DNA of 64,000 nucleotides from Mobula hypostoma (Eukaryota). This document shows, piece by piece, positions 54,101 through 63,373 of the stretch. The translations under genes were made by a program, and so were the position numbers. The first letter of the stretch is position 1. Each line of letters begins with the position of its first letter. The DNA lies in the NCBI RefSeq assembly GCF_963921235.1, contig NC_086097.1, positions 100,380,001 through 100,444,000 on the forward strand, written 5' to 3'. The notes under the pieces are model-generated. The model worked only from the letters and a program-made list of their open reading frames with translations. It was not told the origin of the DNA and ran no database searches.

Positions 54101-57100
54101 CTGCAAGGTTAAAACTGCAGCAGGAGAACTGCAAATGGGAATCTGCACATCCTCCCCGTGGATGCGAGGGTTCTCTCCAGGTCTTCCCGTTTCCTCCCAC
54201 AGTCCAAAGATGAACTGGGTAGCTTAACCGGTCATTGTAGATTGTCCGGTGATTAGGTTAGGGTTAATCGGGGTTGTAAACCGTCCTGTGATTAGGTTAG
54301 GGTTAATCCGGGTTGCTGGGGTAGTGTGGCTCAAAGGGCCTATTTGCGCTGTACTGCTAAATAAATAAATATTACAGGGAAATGAACTGCGGAGGGGACA
54401 GGATTACTCTGAGACTCACTAGGCCAAACAGCCTTCTTCCCTTGCCACTGGAAAACAGGACAAAATATTTAAAAACTTCCCCCATGTGAGTGTTCACTAG
54501 CAATGACATGCTTCAGAGTGCATGGGATTCCAGACCTCCATCAGTGATGTGTCCAACATTCGGACACAGCCTCGCAGATGCTGTGGGAGATTTATTGCTG
54601 AAACAAAGCTGCCAATAACCAGCAAGCCAACTTCATCTTAAAACTGCGCCACACCTAAGCTGAGGCACTGGGTTAACTCCTTGAGTTCTACAACAGAGAT
54701 GTTCATTTTAAAGAAAGAAGCTGTTTTTCTTTGCCAGTTGCATGTTAACGATTGTAGAATTCCACTGCTCTGGTGAAAATACCTGCAGCCGTGCTTCGAC
54801 AGTGGCCACAGTTCCAGCTGACTGACAAGTGCAAGCAACACTCGAGTAATAGTTCTCCAGTTCCACTGCCCATTCTATCCGAGTATTACAGTTACCTCCC
54901 CTTCCCACTACCCACTCTATCCTCGAGTATTAGTTACTTCCCCTTCCCACTGCCCACTCCACCCGAGTATTACAGTTACCTCCCCTTCCCACTCTGAGTA
55001 TTAGTTACTTCCCCTTCCCACTGTCCACTCTATCCCTGAGTATTACAATTACCTCCCCTTCCCACTGTCCACTCTATCCCTGAGTATTACAATTACCTCC
55101 CCTTCCCACTGCCCATTCTATCCCTGAGTATTACAGTTACCTCCCCTTCCCACTGCCCACTCTATCCTCGAGTATTACAGTTACTTCCCCTTCCCACTCT
55201 GAGTATTAGTTACCTCCCCTTCCCACTGCTCACTCCTTCCCTGAGTATTAGTTACCTCCCCTTCCCACTGCCCACTTCATCCCTGAGTATTACAATTACC
55301 TCCCCTTCCCACGGCCCATTCTATCCCTGAGTATTAGTTACCTCCCCATCCCACTGCCCACTCCACCCAAGTATTACAGTTACCTCCCCTTCCCACTCTA
55401 TCTGAGTATTACCTCCCCTTCCCACTTTATCCCTGAGTATTAGTTACCTCCCCTTCCCACTGCCCACTCCACCCGAGTATTACAGTTACCTCCCCTTCCC
55501 ACTCTATCTGAGTATTAGTTACCTCCCCTTCCCACTCTATCCCTGAGTATTAGTTACCTCCCCTTCTCACTGCCCACTCTATCCATAAGGTTCCCCATTC
55601 TCACATTTGAAAGTAATAATACTTTTCTGGGATCCACCTGCAAACTGACTACACCTTCCTCTCCTTCACAAATTATCGAAGCTTTTCACACCACAAGTAA
55701 ATGGCACTGTAAAATTGGTTACTCTCATGAAGCCAACAACATGAACAAGCAATGCACAGCCCCACCATGATAAAAAAAACACAGGGGTGCTGAAATTGAG
55801 GTCTGAGAACTCCACAGCTCACTATCAGCTACCCTGATAAAGTGTGATCAGTGAATTTGAAACCTTCCAAGTCAGCGGAGATCCACTCTTGAAAACCATC
55901 GTACATGGGCAACATTGCAAACAGCAGCTGTGGCCCAGTCTCCCAACACCACAGGAACTGTCCAAAGTTTAGCTCCATTTTGCCCACCAGCTGCCACCAT
56001 TTTGGTCACACAGAGTCAGAGGGCACAGAAACAGGCCCTTCGGCCCAAGATTCTCATCCAATCTAGTCTCATTTGATTGTGTTTGGTCGATATCATTCTA
56101 AACATTTCCTACTCATGTACCAGTCCAAGTGTGCTTTAAATGTACTGTGCCTGCCTCAACCACTTCCTCTAGCAGCTTAATCCATGCAAGTACAACCCTC
56201 TATGAAATAAAAAAAACCCCTGAATTTCCCATTATATCTTCCCCTCTCACTTTCAACCCACGTCCCCGGGAAAAAGACAGTGCATTTACCATATTGATGC
56301 CTCTGATGATTTTTATAGACCTCTGTAACAGGGGCTCCCAACAACCCCTTGCTTATGGCATAAGAAAGGTTGGGAGCTGCTGCTCTACAAGATCACCCTT
56401 CATTCTCCTACACTCCAAAACCAGCCCTAGCCTGCCCATCTTCACTCTATAACTCAGAGTCCTAGCAATATTCTTGTCAGTCTTTTCTGACTGCTTTTCA
56501 ATTTACTAATCCTTCCTGTTGTAAGGTGATCAATACTGAACTCCATGATGCAAGAATAGCAGAATTGCTGCCCAATATCAATGAGTCCCAGTTAATCAGC
56601 CTACAGTAGATTCAGGCTTGAAGGAGGGTGTAAAGACCCAGGGGTGGGGAACACCAAGAACTGAGACCCAGAGACAGCTGTTCCACCCAATACTCCCCAT
56701 AGGTCACATCCCAAACTGCTCCATCACAACAGCATTCAGCATTAAAACAATGGGTTCCACTGACAAAACATCTGCACATGCAAGCTGACACACTGCTCCC
56801 TCTGAAAGCACTTACAGATCCCAGTTAACTCATTCCTTCCTGCAGGCACTCCAACCTCCAGCTTCTCTCTAACAGCTTGCTGCCGTCCTTCAACAGTGGC
56901 TCGACCACACTTACTCAAAGGAGCACCATTACTGAGAACCAACTCACGTCTCATTAAAATAAAAGTGCCAAGTTGGCACTTCTACTCTCCAAAATTTGCC
57001 CACTTGCCTAGCTAGCAAGAACTACAAACTTGCTGGTGCTCACTCCCCTGCCTCTGCTGGGTTTGCAGGGTATGAAAAAAAACAAGCAGCCAAATTGGAC

Positions 57101-59035
57101 CCATCCTGGAACAGATGCGGGAATAGTTTTTAAATAAACTAGCAGGGAAGTTAGTACCTGGGCACGTAGGAACAATAGGCTCTACAGTACAATGCAGAAA
57201 GGGTTGAGTTACAGACAGTGCATTTTCAATGCCTAGCTAACACATCCACACTCACATAGGAGTGCAGTGCAGGGGAAATATATAAACAATCACAGCAAGA
57301 AGTGCCCTCAGGCAACAATACCAACGCAGAGATGAAACAGGACTACTTCTGAAGACATTTCCTGAGCACCAACCCATCAGTGCAGATGGAGCAGGTAAAA
57401 ATGACAACAAGTGTGCAAAATTTCATCTTGCACCACCCTGCAGAGAAACGAGCAGAGACCAGGCTAGAGAAACAGACCCTTCACCCCAGCACATCTGTGA
57501 CAGACATGATGTCAATGCAGGTGGTCCATACCCCTCCATTCCCTGTTTGTTTCTGTCTGTCCAAATGCTTCAAGCACCACTTTGTACCACTCCGGCAGCA
57601 CTTTCCAAACACAAACCATTCTCCGTAAAAAAAAACAAATGCCTCAAATCTCTTCTCCTCCTCTTACTTTAAACCCATGCCTTCAGTATTTGATATTTCC
57701 ACCCTGGCAACAAGACTCCAACCATCTACCCTTTCTATGCCTCATAATTTTATATCTTTCCCTGATCAAAAGACTGGCATTCCTTCATTCCCAACACAGC
57801 TTTATGATACCAGGTGTCAGATGGTTAAATTGAGTGTGTCACTTTTGATTTAATTTCCCCAACATGAATCTTTTCATTGCTTATTAAGAAGTTAATGTGG
57901 AACATTTCCATCGCCCCTCCAGGCAGTACCTCCCAGATCAAAACTTGCTGACTACAGCTTTCTATTGCATTCCTTTGCCTATAACATTCTAGATTTTTGC
58001 CCAAAACCCTTTCCCAAATACGGAAAATGGATTTTTAAAAAATCCCTGGTGCACAGCCATCACCCAGGCTTTTTAGGACTAAGCAGCAAGGGAGGGTGCA
58101 GCACTTAATTCACTATGTTAAATAATATTTCAATAGATTAAACCCACTGATTCCCTGTGGGTGGAGAGGAAAACAGTCAGGGTGTGACCTGCCATCTCAA
58201 AAAAGATCAGAAATTCCTTCTTCACCAAGGGAAATTAAATTCATTATTTAAAAAATACACGGCCAGTCAGAGAATCAGATAAATACCGTAGTTCCAGGTT
58301 GTAGCCTGGTCTTATTGTAAGGGGAACAATGCACCGGCTATGAGCAAAGGGCAGAGGACGATGGATCTTAAACGAGGGGCTGTGACCCGGGTCTACACTG
58401 AATGATTCCAAATAATTCTTGCTCGATAAACCGCCTACTTGAGCACCCAAATTTCATCAGCGCGTCGGCAAATCCAGTAAAAAAAATGTCTGGGTAATCT
58501 CCATTTGTGTATTGAAAGGAATTATTATTGCTGTTCTTCCCACTGGAAGCAATAACTAAGGAGAAGGACGGGTAGCTGCGGACTGCGAACCGAAATGTTG
58601 ACACGTTAATTAATGTCCAGGAGCAATACCGACCGACACCCACAAGGTGAATGGCCGCCTGCCCCCACCCCCTCCGGCGGTCAATAACGGGCTGCGAACA
58701 CGACCCAGCCCTGGGAAGGAGCAGCAGCGGTGTCGCCTGCACACCAGCTAACTCTGCTGGGAGGGAGGGCCACTCGGCCCCTCGCTAGCATGCTGGTTCC
58801 CTAACCTCAACTGCGCAATAGATCCCATTCCTTGCCCTGTGCAACCTCGTCCAATGCCCAGCCCTATTCCAATTTTTCCACCACTACCATCTTTGTGCAG
58901 AGGGATATGAAAGGAGCGCCCCAGAGAGGGATGAGGAATCTGCCACCTCCCGGTTGGTGTGCCGGACAAGGGAACACGCGCGGCTCTCTCACCAAAGTAG
59001 ACGGTCTTGTCGCACTTGGGACATTTAGACGCCAT
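6064..59035 (-). CDS. crip2: Cysteine-rich protein 2-like (two LIM domains), 8 coding exons, 208 aa
   Basis: Spliced by hand: [208 protein letters not shown]. Exons of 43+95+58+144+69+95+58+65 = 627 nt, consistent phases, all GT-AG. Closely resembles vertebrate CRIP2; crip2 vs crip3 orthology is not proven. Confidence 0.93.
6483..7020 (-). mobile_element. Penelope-like element 3' end with a degenerate hammerhead (6487-6524)
   Basis: Minus strand encodes [27 protein letters not shown] (GIY-YIG C-terminus), then a pyrimidine-rich pLTR. Confidence 0.8.
7478..7535 (-). CDS. crip2: CRIP2-like exon 7 ([19 protein letters not shown])
   Basis: Acceptor tctctccccattcag, donor G|GTAAGC, 58 nt; translated by hand. 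Confidence 0.95.
7878..8030 (+). mobile_element. CR1 LINE extreme 3' end
   Basis: Near-identical to 14404-14548. Confidence 0.8.
9100..9610 (+). mobile_element. Rex1/Babar-like LINE fragment
   Basis: [19 protein letters not shown]...ESILMGCIM. Confidence 0.75.
9620..11100 (+). mobile_element. CR1 (HER1-like) LINE ORF2, degraded
   Basis: [17 protein letters not shown]...[13 protein letters not shown], with multiple stops and a CR1 3' tail. Confidence 0.85.
11878..12240. repeat. GC-rich minisatellite (units ~27/39 bp, cccagtcccaggggtccattccccacagct)
   Basis: Tandem copies directly visible. Confidence 0.95.
13505..14548 (+). mobile_element. Young 5'-truncated CR1 LINE (RT C-terminal ORF still open)
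   Basis: [13 protein letters not shown]...[11 protein letters not shown]...[12 protein letters not shown]...[10 protein letters not shown]. Confidence 0.92.
15030..15775 (-). mobile_element. Penelope-like element 3' end with GIY-YIG endonuclease remnant
   Basis: [13 protein letters not shown]...[22 protein letters not shown]; pLTR with a degenerate hammerhead at 15125-15160. Confidence 0.85.
16721..18198. mobile_element. Tc1/mariner foldback derivative (two inverted transposase 3' halves)
   Basis: TA TSD at 16719-20 and 18199-200; ends cagtggcatgcaaaa / tttgtatgccactg; motifs [29 protein letters not shown]. Confidence 0.92.
18340..22870 (-). mobile_element. CR1 LINE ORF2, degraded and split by a minisatellite
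   Basis: [13 protein letters not shown]...[30 protein letters not shown]; resumes after 22512 (QPWLTRED). Confidence 0.85.
19785..22512. repeat. ~2.7-kb minisatellite, unit ~46-54 bp (ataatgctgtcaaatatactcacatctgccccc-gacacaaactgctgac)
   Basis: Roughly 55 tandem units directly visible. Confidence 0.98.
22875..24762 (+). mobile_element. Penelope-like element RT body, degraded
   Basis: [75 protein letters not shown]. Confidence 0.88.
25707..25801 (-). CDS. crip2: CRIP2-like exon 6 (LIM2, [32 protein letters not shown])
   Basis: Acceptor tgtccacag, donor GAG|GTGAGT, 95 nt; translated by hand because it is absent from the ORF track. Confidence 0.95.
26054..26122 (-). CDS. crip2: CRIP2-like exon 5 ([23 protein letters not shown])
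   Basis: Acceptor aatcctcag, donor G|GTGAGT, 69 nt. Confidence 0.95.
26335..27265 (-). mobile_element. Rex1/Babar-like LINE 3' part
   Basis: Reverse strand reads [10 protein letters not shown]...[11 protein letters not shown]; homologous to 51130-51900. Confidence 0.7.
27365..27875 (+). mobile_element. Rex1/Babar-like LINE 3' tail, degraded
   Basis: Similar to 1320-1810. Confidence 0.6.
28105..28750 (-). mobile_element. CR1 LINE 3' fragment
   Basis: [21 protein letters not shown]...RRMRGDLI. Confidence 0.9.
28989..29132 (-). CDS. crip2: CRIP2-like exon 4 (Gly-rich motif plus Pro/Ala linker)
   Basis: Acceptor ttcctgttcacag, [12 protein letters not shown]...GPSK, donor G|GTAGAG, 144 nt, phase 1-1. 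Confidence 0.9.
29652..29709 (-). CDS. crip2: CRIP2-like exon 3 ([19 protein letters not shown])
   Basis: Acceptor ccctcacag, donor G|GTGAGT, 58 nt. Confidence 0.95.
29750..30020 (+). mobile_element. Degraded Penelope pLTR
   Basis: Ends in tctccatagatgttgcctgacctgctgagttgctccag; hammerhead remnant at ~29922-29945. Confidence 0.6.
30740..31075 (+). mobile_element. V-SINE (HE1-like), degraded
   Basis: B-box-like gagttcaatcc and tail gatgggctgaatggcct. Confidence 0.6.
31251..31345 (-). CDS. crip2: CRIP2-like exon 2 (LIM1, [32 protein letters not shown])
   Basis: Acceptor ttcctcttgcag, donor TCG|GTGAGT, 95 nt. Confidence 0.95.
31435..31985 (+). mobile_element. CR1 LINE 3' fragment, degraded
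   Basis: [20 protein letters not shown] plus a CR1 tail. Confidence 0.75.
32850..33510 (-). mobile_element. CR1 LINE 3' fragment
   Basis: [18 protein letters not shown]...FSQRV. Confidence 0.85.
34955..35970 (-). mobile_element. Young 5'-truncated Rex1/Babar LINE
   Basis: Open [23 protein letters not shown]...[11 protein letters not shown]...[17 protein letters not shown] and a short (TAC)n tail. Confidence 0.92.
40249..40327. mobile_element. Tiny hAT-like MITE
   Basis: TIRs caggagttcccaacc / ggttgggaaccccta; related copy at 56329-56382. Confidence 0.65.
40428..40990 (+). mobile_element. Unclassified interspersed repeat (possible SINE or non-autonomous retroelement)
   Basis: ~150-bp core shared with 48100-48255; CpG-rich; short simple-repeat-like end. 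Confidence 0.55.
41040..41082. repeat. (CT)n(CA)n microsatellite
   Basis: Directly visible. Confidence 0.8.
42880..46545 (-). mobile_element. Near full-span degraded CR1 LINE (ORF1 zinc-finger and esterase remnants, plus ORF2)
   Basis: ORF1: [10 protein letters not shown]...[12 protein letters not shown] and [16 protein letters not shown]2: [35 protein letters not shown]. Confidence 0.88.
44541..44640 (-). mobile_element. 100-bp Penelope pLTR insertion nested in CR1
   Basis: Flanked by ttaagt (44535-40, 44641-46); contains a core-mutated hammerhead at 44604-44637. Confidence 0.75.
46632..46860 (-). mobile_element. 3' end of a second Penelope family, with a hammerhead-like motif (46678-46719)
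   Basis: Minus strand [21 protein letters not shown], followed by CUGAUGA-U-GAUGGCA/UGUCAGC-AAAA-CGUC. Confidence 0.65.
47661..48727. mobile_element. Non-autonomous Tigger/pogo-like DNA transposon
   Basis: TIRs cagtggattccagttaact / aattaactagaatccactg; TA TSD on both sides; nested repeat at ~48100-48540. Confidence 0.8.
48890..49610 (+). mobile_element. Rex1/Babar-like LINE 3' fragment, degraded
   Basis: [16 protein letters not shown] plus a 3' tail. Confidence 0.65.
51130..53240 (-). mobile_element. Rex1/Babar-like LINE, degraded
   Basis: [11 protein letters not shown]...[54 protein letters not shown]. Confidence 0.88.
53588..53855 (+). mobile_element. tRNA-derived V-SINE (HE1-like)
   Basis: A/B-box-like gtgtagtagttagc...ggttctattccc, the V-domain, and an (aaac)n tail. 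Confidence 0.8.
54135..54370 (+). mobile_element. 5'-truncated V-SINE with an internal duplication
   Basis: tttcctcccacagtccaaaga...; duplicated gtgattaggttagggttaatc; (taaa)n tail. Confidence 0.7.
54841..55585. repeat. Pyrimidine-rich minisatellite (~30-45 bp, gagtattacagttacctccccttcccactgcccactctatcc)
   Basis: About 19 tandem units directly visible. Confidence 0.95.
56010..56545 (-). mobile_element. CR1 3' fragment containing a nested 54-bp hAT-like MITE (56329-56382)
   Basis: CR1 tail reversed (acaggcccttcggcccaa); MITE flanked by ctctgtaa / ctctacaa. Confidence 0.65.
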
Positions 59036-59350
59036 CACGGCCGCTGTCCGCCCTCGCTCGTCCCGCTAGCCCGCCGTACTGACACCCACTCTCGGCGCTC
59101 CGGGCGCCACCCGCCTGCTCCGGCTCCCGCCCCCGCCCCCATAGCCACCGCTCATTGGTCAGAGGCCCCGGCTCCCTTCTCCTGTCCGTCGCCTATTGGC
59201 CACCACCACCGTCTGTCGATCGCGGAGCCGCCCCCTCCTTCTCCCGCCCTCCCTCTCCCAGATCTGGTCCTTCTGGGGAGCAGTAACTGTCTCTAGTTCC
59301 ACCTGTTCCCCGACTGACTCCCCATACCGACACCAGCAGCCGCCCACAGA
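58560..59350 (-). promoter_or_regulatory. CpG-island promoter of the CRIP2-like gene
   Basis: Dense CpG. Tandem GGGCGG boxes at 59127-59138 plus one near 59244-59249. CCAAT boxes (minus) at 59154-59158 and 59195-59199. No obvious TATA box. Confidence 0.8.
58993..59035 (-). CDS. crip2: CRIP2-like coding exon 1 ([14 protein letters not shown]+G)
   Basis: ATG at 59035-59033; donor G|GTGAGA at 58992; lies in a CpG-rich region. Confidence 0.93.
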
Positions 59351-59764
59351 ATACTCCCTGCAGCATTTAAACACATTTATCATCCGACTCATGGGACAGT
59401 GCGCGTTTTAATCATGTTTCCACCGAGAATGCACCGCTAAAGGATGGAGCAAGCAGATTGATCCCAGAACAGGGCTGGTATTACTAGGGCTGTCATATCT
59501 TTGATGCATTCACGCATTGTAGGCTTACTTGCAACATCGAGAAAAATGTGCAATAAGAAGAAAGCCGAGAATGGCTGGTTGCAGGTTTGGAGCGCAGTGG
59601 GAATGCGCAGCATTGTTGCTACATTATAATGTGTTACTGATTTGGAATGGGGTGTAGGAGCCTTAGTAAAAATCAGTAGTAGGGATAGAAAGTGGATTTA
59701 TTGATAAGCTGCCGAGGCGGCAGACGCTTTGCAAGCCGCAAGCAGTGGAGAAAGTGGAAGCTGA

Positions 59765-60260
59765 GAACTGGTAATTGGTTCATTATTGTCACATGCACTG
59801 GGATGCAGCCTTTGTTTGCGTGCCATACAGACAGACAGATCATAATTACATCGAGGTAGAACAAAAGAAAAGAATGCAGAATATAGTTTTACAGTTACAG
59901 AGAAAGTGCAATGCTAGTTATCAATTAAGCCGCAAGGGTCTCTAAATAGACTGAGAGATCAGGACTTCTTTATGGCACGAGAGATTCGTTCAAGGGTCTT
60001 TTAAGAGTGGGAGATAAGCTGTCCTTGATTCTGGTGGTACAATTCCCAGGCTTTTGTGTATTCTGGTAGACCGGCGGGAGAGAAGAGAGAATGTTCGCGG
60101 TGCGTGGGTGAGATCTGGCCACTTTACCGAGGCAGCGGGACTGTGGACAGAGTCTGGGGGCGGGAGGCAGATTCACAACTTTCTGTAGTTCTGTGCAGGC
60201 TTGAATAGAGCGCCTGCTAGACCAAGCCGTGATGCATCAGGGTAGGGTGCTGATTGATCC
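59765..60260 (-). mobile_element. Rex1/Babar-like LINE 3' tail
   Basis: Reverse complement resembles 27365-27875 (TTRIKDSLSP). Confidence 0.6.
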
Positions 60261-60662
60261 GGGTGGGAATTTCAATGAAAGATTGCCGGTTACTGTGTAT
60301 GGTGCAATTGTGAGCGTGCTCGGGAAAAGGGAGAGCTGGTTGAGGGAGAACAGAATAATAAGGATGGAAGTAGAACCCAAGGCATTGCATTCAACACGGG
60401 TTTGACATATGGGCCGGAGGAAAAGGGAGTCTGCTCAAGGGGAGGGAAGGAAATGGTAGGGCAGTAGACCAGAAGGTCTCAATCTCCGTGGTGGAAGTTG
60501 TCACCCTGTATCTACGCAAACATTTAAACGTTGTAACTGGTAACTGTATTGCCTCTACCACTTTCTCTGGCAGCTCATTCTGTATACCCACCGCCCCCAA
60601 TAGAGGCAGTGACTATTGCAACAGCGAGAAGGAGTTAGAGGCCATCCCAACGACGTAGGGAG

Positions 60663-60719
60663 ATGAGAGAGAGAGAGAGATAGAGAGAGAAAGAGAAAAA
60701 AAGAAAAGAAAAGAAAAAG
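60663..60719. repeat. (GA)n / A-rich purine tract
   Basis: Directly visible. Confidence 0.8.
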
Positions 60720-62497
60720 CGGGACAGAGGGCCGAGTTCGACGTGTGGTTGGTCAGCCGGGTCTGGCGATGAATAGTGAGGAATCTCTTGCCCCTCTCTG
60801 GCGTCACGCTGGACATCGATTTCTTACCTATTCCCTATGTGTGTGTAGTTTCTGGGCATTATTATCAGAAGATGACTCAAATACTATACGTGCAATGGTG
60901 ACTCCCTGAAGCCTTCAAACACCCGTGATCCTGTGGTGAATAATTCACCTCCTATATTCCTGTGGTTTCCACAGTACTGGTGCAATGGGCCAGTAGTTGC
61001 CTCCGTGGGACCCTGCATATTGAACCAGATCTAATCCCAGCATCCATGAGGTTATTTACTCTCTCCTCCAAAATTCCCTCCAATTTTGTTTTACAGTTGC
61101 ATGGACCAACCATTGCTCTGAGCAGAAATTTTTAGACAGCTTGAAACTATGCGGCACTTTAAATGTTTTTTTTGTAATGTGCACACTATGAATATTTACA
61201 ATGAAACTGAAAAATCTCATACTTTTGATTTATTTGTTAATTAAAGGGTATAATGAAATGCAGTACAACAAAGAAAATCTTCCACATGTTGCAAACTTTT
61301 TCTCTTCTGCCTTTAAAGTCAGAATATAAAAATGATCACCACAAACAAGTACAAGGCACAACTCACAACACAAGTAAAAATGTTGGGCAGTCAAAGCAAA
61401 AGTAGAATGTTTTGACTAGTTGGCGTCAGTGTTCAGCAGGCCAGCAATTTATTAATAATAAGCAACCAACTTCCATTCTGTGCTTATTGTTACAATTTGC
61501 AACAGTGTTGTAACATGAAGCATGGACAATGTAAATATGTTGAAGCTTTAAAATGTTTCAAAGTAAAGGTTGTGGTAGGTTTGTTACTTAGAAAATTTAT
61601 GGATTATATTTATTAACCCACAATTAATTACAGGGTATTTCACAATTACATTAACATTTCAAAATTATATCAGCATAATGTCAAAACTATATTAACATTA
61701 TACAAAATACAATTACAGCAGGGCATCAACAAAGGTTATGTGCACGGGAGCCTTTCAGTAACTGCGCGGCCGTGCACCCATGCAGCATAGTGGGAACAGT
61801 CGCTGACTCTCTGCCCTCCTCCCACGGACACCCTTGCCTAGAGACATGGCTGTTTCCTGCCATCTCTAAAGTTCGGCTGCGGTTGGCAGATAACCAGCCA
61901 CTGTAACTTGTGCCAGTGTGTAGACGAGCAGTGGAATCGGGGGAAGTTGATGGGAACATGGGCAAAATATAACAGAATGAATGTAGGATTGGTGTAAGTG
62001 GGTGCTTGATTGTTGGCGCAGACATGAAGGGCTGAAAGGCCTGTTTCCTTGTTCAGCCAGAGTGGCTCTGCTCCCCAAATTTCCAAGTTCATTCCCCTCT
62101 ATGTTGCTGCCTTACTTTGGTTCCTAGTTAGGAAATGCCTTCACTCCTTGTTTCCAACTCTCCTTTGGCCTCAGCACCCTCAGAAATCTTCCCCCATTCA
62201 AGCCGCTCCGAAATAGTCACATTTCCCCAATTCCAGCTTCTTGCACTTGCACGGGGTTCCTAGTTCAACCATTAGCTGCTTTGCCTTTCAATGTCACAGA
62301 CCAAAGCTCAAATCCTCCAAAACCCCTCTGCTCTGCACAACCACTTCATTATTTATGATGCTCCTTAAACACCTTAAGCATGCCCTTAAATCTGGTTAAA
62401 ATGTTAGAGGAACCTTGCTTCCTGTCACCATGTCACACCAGCCATGTGAATACAAGTTCTTGTAGACAGTGCATGTGGCCAAGCTGAGAGATGATAA

Positions 62498-63373
62498 TGT
62501 CATACAGAGGAGGTGGCTGGGAATGGACCCAAGTGCAAGACACAGACACTGAAGTACGAGGGACAGGACTAGGATACAGGGTGAGGGCAAGGACATGGAC
62601 ATGAAAACTGGGAACCCGGAACTGGACTGGACAAGAGAGCTAGGAGCCTGGACTTGGACTCTGAGCCAGAGACTGGACAAGGATCCAGTACCTGGGTCTT
62701 GCCTCTGGCTCGGACCCCAGAACTAGGCAAGGATGAGGCTTGGCAGGCAGGCAAGACGAGGCTGGAGTCTTCAGGCTTGAGGCTAGAGGCGAAGCTTGGC
62801 AGGAGGCAGGAAGCTGGAGTCTTCAGGCTTGAGTCTAGAGGCTAGAGACTTGAGGCGAGGCTTGGCAGGAGGCAGGAGGCTGGAGTCTTCAGGCTTGAGG
62901 CTAGGCAGGAGGATGGAGTCTTTAGGCTTGAGGCTAGGCAGGCTCCTCCTGGGCAGGGCGCGGATCACCACCCGACAGAGGCATGGGACAGGAAGGGACA
63001 GAACCAACCGCAGGTAACGGCAAGACAGCCTGTCTTACCCGGCGGAGGCAAGGGACAGGAATGGAGCTAGGTACGGGGTGGCTCCAGGACAAGACTGAAG
63101 GCAAGACGAGGTGAGAGTTACCAGCAAAACCAAGCAAGGTTTCAGGCGAGGAAACAGAACGCAGAGGAAGGGATACAAGGAGTAAGGACAAGAACAATCC
63201 AGCAGCCATGTCCTGGTCTCTGAAGGTATTTATGTAGCCAGCCCCAACGAGCATCAGCTGCCTCAATTAGAGCTCAACAAGAACAGAGACAGGGTAGACA
63301 GGAAAATCTGGAGCAAGGGTCGATGGACCGGACCGTGAACCGGAATATGGACTACGCGGATCGGACCATGACA
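62498..63373 (-). mobile_element. Solo LTR (876 bp)
   Basis: TGTCAT...ATGACA termini; perfect 5-bp TSD GATAA (62493-97, 63374-78); TATA-like cataaata (minus) near 63230; internal tandem repeats at 62735-62945. Confidence 0.88.

Noticed and set aside
54251..54306. Interstitial telomeric repeat (ttaggttagggtta)
   Set aside because: Only 1-2 units, lying inside a SINE duplication
6129..58992. Antisense orientation bias of intronic LINEs
   Set aside because: Copies occur on both strands with no antisense excess
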